This document shows, piece after piece, positions 1 to 12,200 of a DNA stretch of 64,000 nucleotides. The notes beneath the pieces were generated by a model, which was not told the origin of the DNA, ran no database searches, and was given only the letters and a program-made list of their open reading frames with translations. Position numbers and translations under genes: made by a program. How positions within the stretch are numbered: position 1 is the first letter of the stretch; each line of letters starts with the position of its first letter. Origin of the DNA: Rebecca billardiae RCC1528 (Eukaryota; Protista; Haptophyta); contig OZ251225.1 in assembly GCA_965240325.2 (NCBI GenBank), positions 3,844,001-3,908,000 on the forward strand, in the 5' to 3' direction.

Positions 1-984
1 GCCGGGGCCGGCGCTCTCGCGCTCGCTCACGCTCGGGCGCGCACGGCGTGCACGGCTGCGCGCCGCCGTCTGAGACACGCGGGTCGCCCCGCGCGCTCCT
101 GCGCGCGCGTGGCACCGCAGGCAGCGCTGACCATGAGCCACCCATGGGCGCGCACTCCGGCCGCCGCTTCGAGCCGACGCAGATGCTCGACGCGACCGAG
201 GAGGGCTAGCCGCCGACGCCGTGAGACGACCCACAGGCCATGGGCCACGCCCGGCCGGAGCGCGCGGCCGGCCGTCGGCCACCACACGGCGGCACTCTAG
301 TCCGTCTTCGACGGACGGTGTGGCGAGAGCGCGCGTCGTCATCAGCGCGCGTCGTGCCGCGCGCGCGCGAGCCAGCCGGTTGATGGGCCAGGCTGGAAGT
401 GGAACACCCCGCCAGCGAGCCAGCGCAGCGCACTGTACTTGTAGCCAGTCAGCGCGAGGCTGCGTGTGAGGCACCCTGCGGGCCACAGTACGCGGCCCGA
501 CTCACTACTCACGGGAAGACTCCGAAGAGTGCTCAGTCGTACGGCCCGCGCTGTTAATATGATTATTATAGCGCAGAGAATAGAGTAGTCAGTAACGGTC
601 CGCGCGGGTCCGGTGGCCGGTCCGCCGGTCCGGCCTCCGGGTCTATATATAGTAGATAGTATATATCCCACGCGAGTAGTACGTGTAGTCAATAACGGCG
701 CGAGCGGTGACCATCATCAATAATCGATGACGACATCATGGCCAGTAGTATAGCGAGCTGATCAGGAGTCAGGACTAGTAGTAGTAGAACCTTGTCCGGG
801 ACCACGCCACGCGATTTGGCGACCTCGCGCAGTCGCGCGGCAATGGTGCCAGCTGGCTGGCGGTGCCAAAACGCCGGTCGTGATAATCAAGTAACGGCAT
901 TCGCCTGGAGCAGCAGCAGCGTGAAGGCCGTGAGGGCGGTGGCGCCGCGCGTGGGCCCACAGGCCGCAGCGCGCTGCAGCGCGC

Positions 985-3970
985 TCAGCGTCGGAGCTCG
1001 TCCACCGCGCTGTCTGGGACGATGGTGACGGGCACAATCTTGGGGAGCGAGCCGGTGGGGTGCTCGAGGTGGTCGAGGGAGATCTCGGTCGCGCCCTGCG
1101 GCCCGTAGTGCACGACCATGTCGCGCGTGTGCCCGTGGTACTGCTCGGAGAAGATCTGCATCTGGATCAGCACGCGCCCGTACACCACCTCGTCCGCCGC
1201 GTGGCCCTGGCGTCCCGCGGGCGCGCGCGGCGCGCAGCGGGCGGGGTCAGCGCGCGCGCGGCCGCCTCGGCGAACGCGCGCGCGGCCGCGCTCGGCGGTG
1301 CGCTCGGCGCGCGCGCACCGGCGGCAGGTCGACGGTGAAGATGATCGCGTCGTCGTTGTACAGGAACTGAATGTTGGTCGCCTGCGCCCAGATCTCGTGC
1401 AGGATGTCTGTCTGCGCGCGCTCGCCCGTGCGCACGCCGCGCGTGACCACGGCGCGCGGCGAGAGGAAGGGCTCGCCCTCGGGCGTGTAGCCGCGGATCT
1501 GAGCGTACAGCAGCACGTCCTCGGTGTGCGCCTTGCCCACCACGGTGATGAGCGCGCGCGCGCCCGGCCAGTGGATCTGCTGCGTGGGCACGATGAGCGT
1601 GCTGCTCGCGGCGCCCTCGCCGAACTCGAGCCTCGACCTGTCGTCCATCGGCATCACGCGCACCATCTCGTCCTCGAAGACGAGGATGAGGAACCAGCGG
1701 CCGAGCTTGGCCGAGCCGTTGCCGCTGAACTCGAAGCGCACGTGGTTGTACTGCTCCCAGCTGAAGCCCCTCAGCTGCTCGCGCAGCACGACGCCCTCCT
1801 TCGTGCCGCGCGGGATACCGTCGGGGTACACGGCGAGGCGCTCGGCCGGGTGCCCGTCGTGCGTGATCGTGCGCAGCGCCACGCTCGTCGTCGTGCCGCC
1901 CGACGGCCCCGTCGGCGCGATCACGTACGTGTACGCGAACTCGAGGACGCCAGAGCCAAAGTTGGGCGGCAGCGGCGGCGCGGGCGGCGTGGGCGGCGGG
2001 CTGGGCGAGCGCTCGGCGAGCGGCAGCGGCGGCGGCGCGGGCGGCGCGATGACGGGCGGCGGCGGCAGCGCGGGCGGCATGGCGGGCGGCGGCGACAGCC
2101 CGGCCGACAGCGCCTCCGCCGAGAAGGGCGTGAGCGAGCCGCCGAGCGTCTGCGGCCCGCCTCCCAGCTTGGGCCCGCGCGTGAGCGGCACCGGCACTGA
2201 GAGCGGGATCACGACGACGAGCACGACGACGAAGAAGAAGGCGAGGAAGAGGCCGAACGCGCGGCGCGCGGTGAAGCGCAGCTCGGGGCGCACGTCCTCG
2301 TCCTCGAGCCCCGGCACCGCGCCGAGCATGATCGCCGCGCCCTGGAAGATGGCGACGGCGCTCGCCGTCATCAGCCCGATGCCGAGGAAGCACGCGGCCG
2401 CGACCGAGTTGTGCTTGGTGCCGAGCGACTCGTCGAGGCCCGAGATGACGGCGGCGAGGAGGAGGAGGAGCGCGGTGACGCCGAGCATCGCGAGCACCAT
2501 CGACGTCGAGTCCGCGCTCAGCCTCCGCGCGCGCGCGCGCATCTCGCCCACCGTCTCCGCGCTGGACGCCGCGTGCGTGCGCCACGCGAACGCGCTGACG
2601 ACCAGCAGCAGCAGCGCAGACGTGCCCGCGGCGAACCAGCCGAGGACGGCCATGCCCGTGGCCCAGGTGGGGCCGGCGGTGCCGTCGGTGTACGGCGCGA
2701 CGCCCGTCTCGTCCGCCAGCCGCTGCGCGCGCAGCTCCGCCGCCGCCTTCGCGTTCTTCGCCGCGAACGCGAACGCGGCGACCGAGCCACCGACACACAG
2801 CAGGGCAAAGGCCGCGTACGCAAACACGCCCGCCCACGAGGGGCGCTTGGCGGCGGAGCGGTCGACGAGCGGGGCGCGCTCGTCGTCGGGCGGCTCGCGC
2901 ACGATCTCGAGGGACTGCACGACGAACAGGTCCGTCGCGAACGCGAGCGCGAGCACCGCGCCGATGTTGAACGCCGAGAAGAGCGCGTGGCCCTCGAACG
3001 TGAGCAGCGCGGCGCTCAGCGCGCCGCCGACGCACAGCCGCGCCACCTGCTGCACCTCGTCGAAGAGGCGCTGGCGCGCGGCGGCGAGGCGCGCGGGGTC
3101 GTCGACGGAGCGCGCCTGGTTGCGCGCGCGCACGATCGCGCCGAGCATCATCGACGACGCCGCGCTCGTCGTGCCCACGCCGAGCAGCACGAACGCGAGC
3201 ACGCCGACCACGCCCACGCCTGTGCGGTCCGCGCGCACCGATGCGGCGACCGACGCGGCGCTGCAGAGCGCGGCGAGGAGGGTGAGCGTGGCGACGACGG
3301 CGGTGGCCCAGAAGAGCGCACGCATCCGCCGCGCCACCGCCCGCGGCGCCGCCGCCAGCTCGGCCAGCGTGCTCCCGCTCTGGTACATCGCGTTGCGGAG
3401 CGCGTCCAGCCCCATCGAGAAGCCGACCAGCGCCAGACCGATCGCGCCGCCCGACGCCATGCGCACGTGGCGGTCGGCGTTCTGCGCCGAGCTGTGGACG
3501 AGCGTGACGACCGCGTCCAGCCCCGACGCCGCGGCGTACACCGCGAGGCACGTCGCCAGCACCGCCGCGATCGCCGCGATGTGCGCCTGCCGCAGCGTGA
3601 TGAAGTGCAGCTCGTCCTGCGCCGCGCGCGCGACGAGGCCGCCGTCCACCTTGTCGACGCGCAGGTTGTACAGCCGCCAGTCGGCCTCGCGCGCGTTCAT
3701 CAGCGTCAGCAGGTACGCCGCGCTGCCGACGGCGAGCATGCACCCGTCCGACGTGAGCACGAGCGACGACTGCAGCGCCGAGTTCTCCGGGCCGGTCGAC
3801 GACTCGCCGATGGCGGTGGTCATGACGAAGAGGGCGAGCGCGCCGCTCACGCACGCGCCGAGCGTCGCGACCATGCTCCACAGGAAGATGGGCGAGAAGG
3901 CCAGCGACGAGCTGTACACCTCCTCCTGCATGACCGCCATCTCCGCGGCCGCCGCGCGCCCCGGGGCCAC
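985..3970 (-). CDS. Multi-pass membrane protein (~11-12 predicted TM helices) with Pro-rich linker and C-terminal soluble domain; function unknown. Exons 3970-1319 and 1206-985
   Basis: Long ORF with repeated hydrophobic helices (e.g. AFGLFLAFFFVVVLVVVIP) and a PPPAMPPALPPPP linker. A phase-0 intron GTGCGC(1318)...CCAG(1207) joins it in frame to ORF 985-1188 (GHAADEVVYGRVLIQ...ELRR*). Confidence 0.75.
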
Positions 3971-4110
3971 CCGCTTGCGCGCCGAAGTGAGCGCTGTGAT
4001 GAGCGGAGGCGCCCGCCGAGGCGGCTCTGCCGGTCCGGGCGAAATGTGAGCGCTGTGCCGCCTGTCAAAAAGCCGGGCGGTAGTGCGCCGCCATCGTGCG
4101 GCCTGCGCTC

Positions 4111-4428
4111 ATGGACGTTGCGGCGGCGATCCTCTCCGTCGAGAAGGCGTCGTCGGTGTGCCCGTGCGCGCGCGGCCACGCGCGCGACGCTTACTGCCGT
4201 GCATGCAATGAGGGCGTCGACGTCTACGATTTCTGCTCGGCGAACCTGGTACCACCGGGCTGCCACAAGGTGTTGAAACGCCACATCCACACCGCCCTCA
4301 GCCTGGCCTCGAGCGCACCGGACACGGGGCCACCTGACTACCCCGTCCTCGGTGCCACACCACACAACGACAGCCTTTTCAATGACCTGAGCCCCATCTG
4401 GCGAGAGGCCATGGCCATCGAGGAGTAG
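4111..4428 (+). CDS. Possible small Cys/His-rich protein (~105 aa), weakly B-box-like
   Basis: ATG at 4111. Non-repetitive, protein-like sequence with CPC..GH..AYCRAC...FC...GCH...HIH. Divergent from the 3970 gene start. Confidence 0.35.
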   Translation: MDVAAAILSVEKASSVCPCARGHARDAYCRACNEGVDVYDFCSANLVPPGCHKVLKRHIHTALSLASSAPDTGPPDYPVLGATPHNDSLFNDLSPIWREAMAIEE

Positions 4429-4860
4429 GCGCGCCGGCGGCCGCAGGGCCGCGCTGAGGCGACACGCGGGCCCGTGGGCAGGGAGACTCCGAGCTGCCAG
4501 TCCGCGTCGGGCGTGCTGGAGGTCGCAGCGGCGCGGTCCAACGGGCGATCGCGCCACGCGACTGCTGCTTGATGCGGTGCCTACGCCCTCCAGTCGTCGC
4601 TGAGCCTGAGTCCCGAGGCCGAGTCCGGAGTCGCTCGTCGCCGAGTCGGCGCGGCGGCGCGGCGGCGCGGCAGGCGCCCGGCCGGGGCCCGCCGGGCCCG
4701 GGGCCGGAGGCGGAGCGGGAGGCCGCCACGGTTTCAACTAGCGAGTCAATGGTGAGTCAGTGACTGAACTGTGAAGACTGGCGTCACTAATGCTTAGAGC
4801 GACGACACAGTAGTGATAGATGCTGTCTAGCCGTACCTGCTGACGAGGAAGGGTCTGCTA

Positions 4861-5876
4861 TCATAGCATCTCCGCCGTCGTCCCGCCGCCATTCTTAGTG
4901 CCACGACCGCCCATGTCGGCACCGCCGCCACCGCTCGTAGCAGCGGTGCCACCGACGCTGCCGCTTGCAGCGGCAGCGGCCGCGAGCAGAGCCCTTGTTG
5001 TGAGGCGACCCTTCTCCGCATCCTCCGCAGCTTCGGCGGCGAGCGCAACCTGCCTCGCTTTGCGCTGCTGAGCGAGCTGCTCGTTCACCCCGCCTGGCAT
5101 GCCGTCCATGTCGAGCCGCGCCTCTGACCACTTGACGGCAAAGCGCGCGACGCCGATCCCGATGACGATCGCGAGGAACGTCCAATTCGACTTGGCCACG
5201 CCCTGCAGGTCGGTAAGCGTGATGATTTTGGGCAGCCAGTTGATGCCAATGAGCACCGCCGACATGTAGAAGAGCATCGTCATCGCCATCGCGTGCATGC
5301 GCACCCAGCGCAGCCCGAACATGTACCAGAGCCCGAGCGCCTGCAGCGTGAGCTGCATTGCGCCGATCACCGTCATCAGCAGTGCAGGGGAGAGTGGGAG
5401 TTCCGACTCGCCGTCGTAGAGGTAGATGACGCCCGTGACGACAGACACGAGGCCGCACACCATGGCAAGCCGCCCAATCCACTTGTGCGCATGGCGGAAG
5501 AAAGGTCCCTGTTCGTTCGCCATGGCCACATCAGCGCGCAGGTCCGCGCGGGTGAGCGGATGGTGGATGCGGAGGGGCGCCGGCTGCTGCGCACGCGCGT
5601 GCGCGCGGCGCGCACTTGGTCGGGCGTGTGGTACAGATTCCAAGCACAGGTGATTACAAACGTGAATGCCATCGTCATGTGTACGTCCATCGCCCACGAG
5701 CCCTTGCCCATGCGCGGGAAGCCGAGCCGCTGGATGAACACGACAACGAGCCCGACTCCCACCACCCATTGCGGCGAGAAGTTTCCGGCGAAGATCTTCA
5801 CGAATGTCACGCACCAGTGCTCTGGCTCGTCAAGATCCATGGCCAATGCTGCCTTCTTCGCGTACGCGCTCGACAT
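4861..5876 (-). CDS. DUF2306-like integral membrane protein with conserved His residues (possible heme ligands). Exons 5876-5616 and 5508-4861
   Basis: A phase-0 intron GTGCGC(5615)...ACAG(5509) joins MSSAYAKK...HTPDQ to GPFFRHAHKWIGRLAM. Motifs MDVHMTMAF, HKWIGR and RMHAMAM among ~6 TM helices match the DUF2306 pattern (H..; HRxLGR; HRxWM). Confidence 0.7.
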
Positions 5877-6289
5877 CGTGCCCACGCGCCGCGGCCGACA
5901 CGGCGCCGGCGTGCACAGGTCGAGGAAGGCGGCCTCCCTCGTTTCTCCGTCCACCGACTGCGCGCAAGAACCCGCTCAGGTTCGACCGCTCCATTGACGA
6001 AATTGGGGAATTCAAAACTTGCAGCTGCCTAGGGTGATGAAAGCCGCGGGGAATTCGTCCCGTGAACTGCTTATTGGCGGATCGTGGCGCGCAGATCAGC
6101 ACCGAACGCCGAATCGGGCGAATTCGGTCATTGATTGTTGTGGAAGGCGTTGTCAGCAAGCCAATGGGACACGACAAGGAGCGGGGAAATCATCGGCGAA
6201 CCGAGTCTTCGAAACCATCTCATCGGGTGCTGATCTCACTTTCAAAGGCTCCGACCTTCGCAAGCAGCGCAGCCGTCCAGTGGCCGACC

Positions 6290-9200
6290 ATGGCGAACCG
6301 AGTGGACCACGGCGGCGGGCTAGGAGGCAAGGCCTCGGACCGCGAGCCGCTGCTGAACGGGGGCGACAGCGCCGTGGAGCGCGCGGCCGCGTCGGCGCGC
6401 CGCGCGCTTCGCTGCCTCTCCGACCTCCGGCGCGCCCGAGCCGCGGCGAGCACGGCGCACGAGCACGCCCACGCCAGGATGTCCAAACGGATGAGCATCT
6501 TGCGCAGCGGCGACGCGCACCGCCACCCCCACCGCAACAAGGCCAGCCTCCACGTCACCTGGCGCACCGTCCTCGCCGGTGACGAGACGACCATCGAGGA
6601 CGCGCGCGCGCAGCAAATCGCGGAGGCGGACGACCGCGAGCGGCGGCAGCGGATCGAGGACCTGACCAAGCTGGCGCGTCTGCCGACGCTCACGATCGAG
6701 GAGCTGATGATCCCGCTGCGCCTCGCCTTCCCGTACCGGATCTCGCACTCGGTCGTGGCCGCCTGCCTCGACATCATCGGCGACCTGTTCGAGCTCGGCT
6801 GGGTGATCAAGATCGTGCGCGAGCAGCCGAGCGCGAAGGAGCTGATGGCTCGCGAGCTGCAGCGCAAGCAGATGGCCGAGGAGGCGGCAGAGGGCGGCAC
6901 CGCGGCCGACGGCGCGGCCGTCGCGGTGGCGGACATGAAGGAGGCGGACGACTCGGTGTACACGATCATGCACGGGCTGCGCGACGTCGGCACCGTCGTC
7001 TCGCTGCACTTTGCGCGCGTGCTGTTTGTGTTCTGGGGCGACCGCACGCTGTGGACGCTCGTGCAGGTGGTGCGCTGCCTGCGCGTGCGCCAGCTCGTCT
7101 CGTACGTGTCGCAGATCAACAACGACCTGACGATGAACGTGAAGCTGCTCGCGGCGTACAAGTTCCTCCTCGTGCTCATCTCGGTGCCGCACTGGATCGC
7201 GTGCTTCTGGTGGGCGCTGCCGGCGGAGTGGACGGAGCCCGCGCTCGAGCTGCCGTCGTGGCCGGCGCAGGTGCCGCTCGTCACGCACAACCCGGGGCTC
7301 GCGCCGCACGCCGCGCCCTCGGAGTGGTACAGCTACCTGATGGCGCTGTACATGGCGTGGATGGGCCTCACGAGCATGGGGTACGGCACGCTCGTCATCG
7401 CCACGCAGCAGGAGGTGATCTTCGCCGCGCTGGTCGCGATGATCCAGATGGTGTTCTACGCGTTCGTGCTCGGCACGCTCTTCCACTACCTCGTGCGCAC
7501 CGACGAGAACACCGTGCACTTCAACGAGCTGATGAAGGCGGTGGACGAGTACGTGGGCGCGCGCAAGCTGCCGCCCGCGCTCGCGTCCAAGATCCGCTCG
7601 CACTACGCCTTCCAGCACCGCAAGCAGGCGGCGGGCACGCAGCGCATCGTCGCGCAGATGCCGCTGTCGATGCGCACCGAGGTGGCGGTCGCGCAGTACG
7701 CGCGCCAGATGCACGCGACCTGGGCGTTCTGGGGGTGCACCTCGCAGTTCCTCTCGTACATCGCGCTCTTCCTGCGCGAGCGCAACATGATGCCGTCCGA
7801 GACGCTCTTCAAGCGCGGCGACGTGGGCGCCGAGCTGCTGTGGTGCGTGGGCGGCTCGCTGCACGTGACCAAGGGCGACGCGCACATCAGCACCGTCCGC
7901 TCCGACATCGGCGCGGGCGCGATCGTGGGCGAGGTCGCGTTCTTCGTGGGCATCCAGCAGCCGTACACGGTGACGGCCACCTCGAAGGGCGAGGTGACGC
8001 TGATCGTGCTCTCGATGGGCGCCTTCGACGAGATCATCGGCTCGTACCCCGAGCAGACGGACCAGATCACGCAGAACCTGCTGCGCAAGTACGGCCTCGA
8101 CAAGAACGGCGCCGACGTGCCCGGCGGCGGCCTCGCCGAGCAGATGGACGAGGACGAGCTGAAGGAGTTCCTCGAGCTGCGCGAGGCCATCCGCACCGCC
8201 ATCATCGAGCGCAACGAGGAGATGTTCGCGCAGATGGCGGGCGCGGTGCACTCGGGCGACGTCGAGACGGTGCGCTCGCTCACGGCGCGCGGCTTTGAGC
8301 TGAGCTCGGGCTCGTACGACCTGCGCACGCCGCTGCACCTCGCCGCGCTCGAGGGGCACCGGCTGGTCGCCAAGGTGCTGTGCGAGCTCGGCGCGGACGT
8401 GTCGCAGATCGACCGCTTCGGCCACGCGCCGCTCAACGACGCGCTCGACGCGCGGCACGGCGCGGTGGCGGACGAGCTCGGGCGGTACGGCGCGCAGCTG
8501 CGGTGCGCGCGGCCGGCGGAGAAGCTGCACGCGGCGGCAAAGGCGGGCGACATGGAGCTGATGACGATGGCGGTGCGCCACGGCATCGACATCAACGCGC
8601 GCTCGTACGACGGGCGCACCGCGCTGCACGTCGCCGCGGCCGAGGGCAACTCGCGCGTCGCCGAGTTCCTCGTGACCAACATGGCGGACGTGCACGCGCG
8701 CGACCGCTGGGCGCACTCGCCGCTCGACGACGCGATCCAGCACAACCACCCGCTGCTCGCGCAGATGCTCGTGCGCTCCTCCGCCTCCTCCGACCCGGGC
8801 ACGATGGCCGAGCTGCTGCGCCGCGCCGCGGGCGAGGGCGACGTCGAGCGCCTCGGCTTCGTGCTGCAGATGGGCTGCAAGGTCAACGAGGCCGACTACG
8901 ACCGGCGCACCGCGCTGCACTACGCGGTCGCGGCCGGCTCGGTCTCCGCGACGCACGCGCTCGTCGCCGCGCTCGCCGACGTCAACCTCGCCGACCGCTG
9001 GCTGCAGCCGCCGCTCGTGCAGGCGCTGGACACGTCGCCGCAGATCGCCGCGCTGCTCGCGCGCGCGTGCGGCGCCTCGCTGCCCGACGGCGCGAGCGGC
9101 GCGGAGCGCGCGCGGCTGCAGGGCGCGCTGGACGCGTGCGCCGCCCTCGACATGTACGAGCTCAACAGGCGCATCTCCGCGCGCGCCGAGCAGCGCGCGG

Positions 9201-12200
9201 CCGACACGGAGCTGCTGCTCGTGAAGGCGCGCGAGGTGGAGGTGTCGGTGAACGGGCTCGCCGACGCGATGGCGGGCGTGGCGCGCGCGCACCGCTCGCT
9301 CTTCCGCACCCTCGAGCGCTGGGCCGACATCTGGATCGGCGAGTACGGCGAGGGCGACGGCGAGGGCTCGGACGACGACTCGTCGCTCGGCTCCGACTCG
9401 GACGAGGGCGGCGGCGGCGCGCGGCACGCGGGGTGGCCGGGCGGCGGCGGCGCGGACGGCGGCGGGTCCGGCGTGGCGAGCGCCTCCAAGCAGTTCCTCA
9501 GGCTCGTGCTGCAGCTGCCGCACGCGGAGAGCGGGCTGGTCCGGCTGAGCGCGCTCTTCCGAGAGCGGCTGCCCGCCGACGCAAACTGCGCGATGCCCGA
9601 CGCCGTCCGGCGCGCCGAGGAGGAGCGCACGCTGCGGCACATCCTGACCGCCGTGCTGGGCGTGGACGCGCACACGGCGGACGCGGTGCTCGCCGAGGTC
9701 TACGACGAGCTGCGCGCGCTGCTCGGCGCCGCCGCGCCGAGCCCGGTCGGGCCGCGCGCCGGCGCGCTCGAGGCGCCCCTGCGCACCGCCGCCGACCGGC
9801 CCGCCGCGCCGCCGCCGCCGCAGCGCGCGGCGGGCGAGCCGGAGGCGGCGGCGAGCGACGCCGCCGCCTCGACGCCGGCGTCGGATGGCTCGGCCGCGGG
9901 CGAGGGCAGCTCGCTGCGCTCGGACGCGCAGCAGGACGGCTCGGCGCAGAGCGGCTCGTTTGGCCGCGCGGCCGCGGCCGCGGCCGCGGACAGCGCGCGC
10001 CAGCAGCGCGGCGGCTCGCCCGCAGGCGGCTCGTTCGAGCACGGCTCGTTCCGGAACGACAAGGTGATCGACGTGCTGCGCCGCGGCTCGACGACGGGCA
10101 CGACGCTCGTCGACCTCACGCGCCACCTGCACCGCGGCTCGATCGGCGCGGGCAGCAGCTCGTTCCGCGGCGGCGCGGCGCCGCGCGCCGCCGCGCGGCC
10201 GCCACCCGCCACCGTGGCCGCCGCCGTGGCCGCCGCGCGGGCGGCTGGTGCGGCCAAGCTCTCGCCGCGGCTGCAGCCCCTGGAGCAGGCCGCCGCCGCC
10301 GCCTCCGACGACGACGCGTCCCACCCCGTGTACCTCTCCGACCTCGGCCACGTGGTGCTCTTCTGCTCGAGCACGCTGCTGGACGTGCTCGCGCAGCGCT
10401 CGCTCGCGCGCTCGGGCAGCGCCACGCCCGGCGGGTGGGCGGGCCGCTCGGGCACGACCACGCCCGGCGTGCCCGGCACGACGCGCAGCAGCTTCGTCAG
10501 CCAGGGCGGCGGGAGGAGCTGGCGCGAGGACGGCGGCTCGTGGGCCGCGTCCGTCTCCTCGCCCCGCTCGACGCCGCGCCCCAAGCGGCTCTCCACCGCG
10601 ATCGGCCGCGTGCTCCGCCGCTCGGTGCAGCTCTCGTTTGGCGGCGGCGGCGGCGCGCGGCGCGGGGACGAGGGCTTGCAGGGCGACGCCGACGCCACGG
10701 CGAGCACGGAGCACAGCGAGAGCGGGAGCCGGCTGCGCCTGACGCTCGAGCAGCTGGCCGACGCGACGGGCGACGACGGCGGCGGCCGCGCGCACGAGGC
10801 GCTGCGGCGCGACGTGGAGGGCTCGGCGCGCATCATCCTCGCCCTCTTCCGCGTGTTCGACGCGGACGACAGCGGCGTCGTGCACATGCGCGACGTGCGC
10901 AAGCTGCAGCGCGAGCTGGGCGAGTTCGGCTCGGAGGAGATCCGCTCGCTGGTGGCGCACCTGATGGACGCGTCGCGCGCGCTGCAGCCGCCGGCCGAGC
11001 GCGCGCCCGCGCCTGCGCTCGATGGGCGCCGGCTCTCGGCCGGCGCGGCGCCGCCGGGCGGTGCGCGCTCGGAGAACCCGTTCGGACTCTCCGAGGCGGT
11101 GCAGGCGCGGCGGAAGCGCTCGCTGAAGCACGGGCCGCGCACGCACCGCTCGCCGAGTGGCGCGAGCTCGACGCCGCCGCGCCTCTCCCTCGACGCGGCG
11201 CTGGGCGTCAGTCTGGGCGCTGCCGCGCTCGCGGAGGGCGCGGAGGGCGCGGCCTCCTCCTCTGAGGAGGAGGTGGACGAGGCCGAGCTGCTCGCGGACG
11301 CGGAGCTGTTTGCAGATGCGGACGACGCGGCCGAGCCTCTGCTTGGCGCGGCCGAGGCGATGGCGGGCGGGCTCGAGCCAGCCTCTGCCGAGCCGGGCGC
11401 GGCGGCGTGCGCGGGCGCGGCGGACTCTGCGCTCGCGCAGCTGCGCGGGCGCGGGCGCGGCGCGGCGCGCGCCGCGGACGAGGCTCGCAAGCCGTCCTTC
11501 CTGTCGGAGGAGCAGCTCGCCGGCCCGACCGCCGAGCAGGAGGCGCTGTACGCCTCGCTCGACGAGGCAGGCACGATCGCGCACGGCGGCGCGGGCGGCG
11601 CCGCCGACGGCCTCGGCCTGCGCGGCCGCGCGGCCGCCGTGCGCTCGATGACCAAGGTGCAGTTCTTCGTGGGCGTCTCCTCCTGGATCCTCGTCTCGGC
11701 GAGCGAGGTGGCGCACCCAGACGAGGAGGAGGACGCGGTGGCGCGGGTGCGGCGGGAGGCGAAGGCGGCGCAGGATGCGCGCGCCTCGCGCGTGTCCGCC
11801 GCGGAGAAGGCGATGTCCGAGCAGGAGGCGGCGACGCGGCGGTCGCGCAAGCTCGAGGCGCACCTCACGCTCGCGATGGAGAGCGCCGCCGCCTTCTCGC
11901 TGCTGGCGGACAACATCCAGCACCGCGTGGACAAGGGGAGGGTCGGCGCGGCCGAGCGCGTGGAGAGCGGCGCGCTGCTCAAGCTGGTCTCGCACGCCGT
12001 CGCCATCCCCGCCTCCGCGTGCGCAGAGACCGTCGAGGCGTGGTGCGACAAGCGGCTCGGGCTCTCACTCGAGAAGGAGGGCGCAGGCGGCGCAGAGCAA
12101 CGCGGCGGCGGCGCGCCGCAGCCGCCCGAGGAGGCGCCGCTCGACGACGGCTCCAACTTTGGCGGCGACGTGGCGGGCGCGGAGGCGGCGGCGGCGGCGG

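Noticed and set aside
1-760. Short ORFs at the window start
   Set aside because: No motifs; the region resembles 3' UTR or terminator sequence with an AT-rich island.
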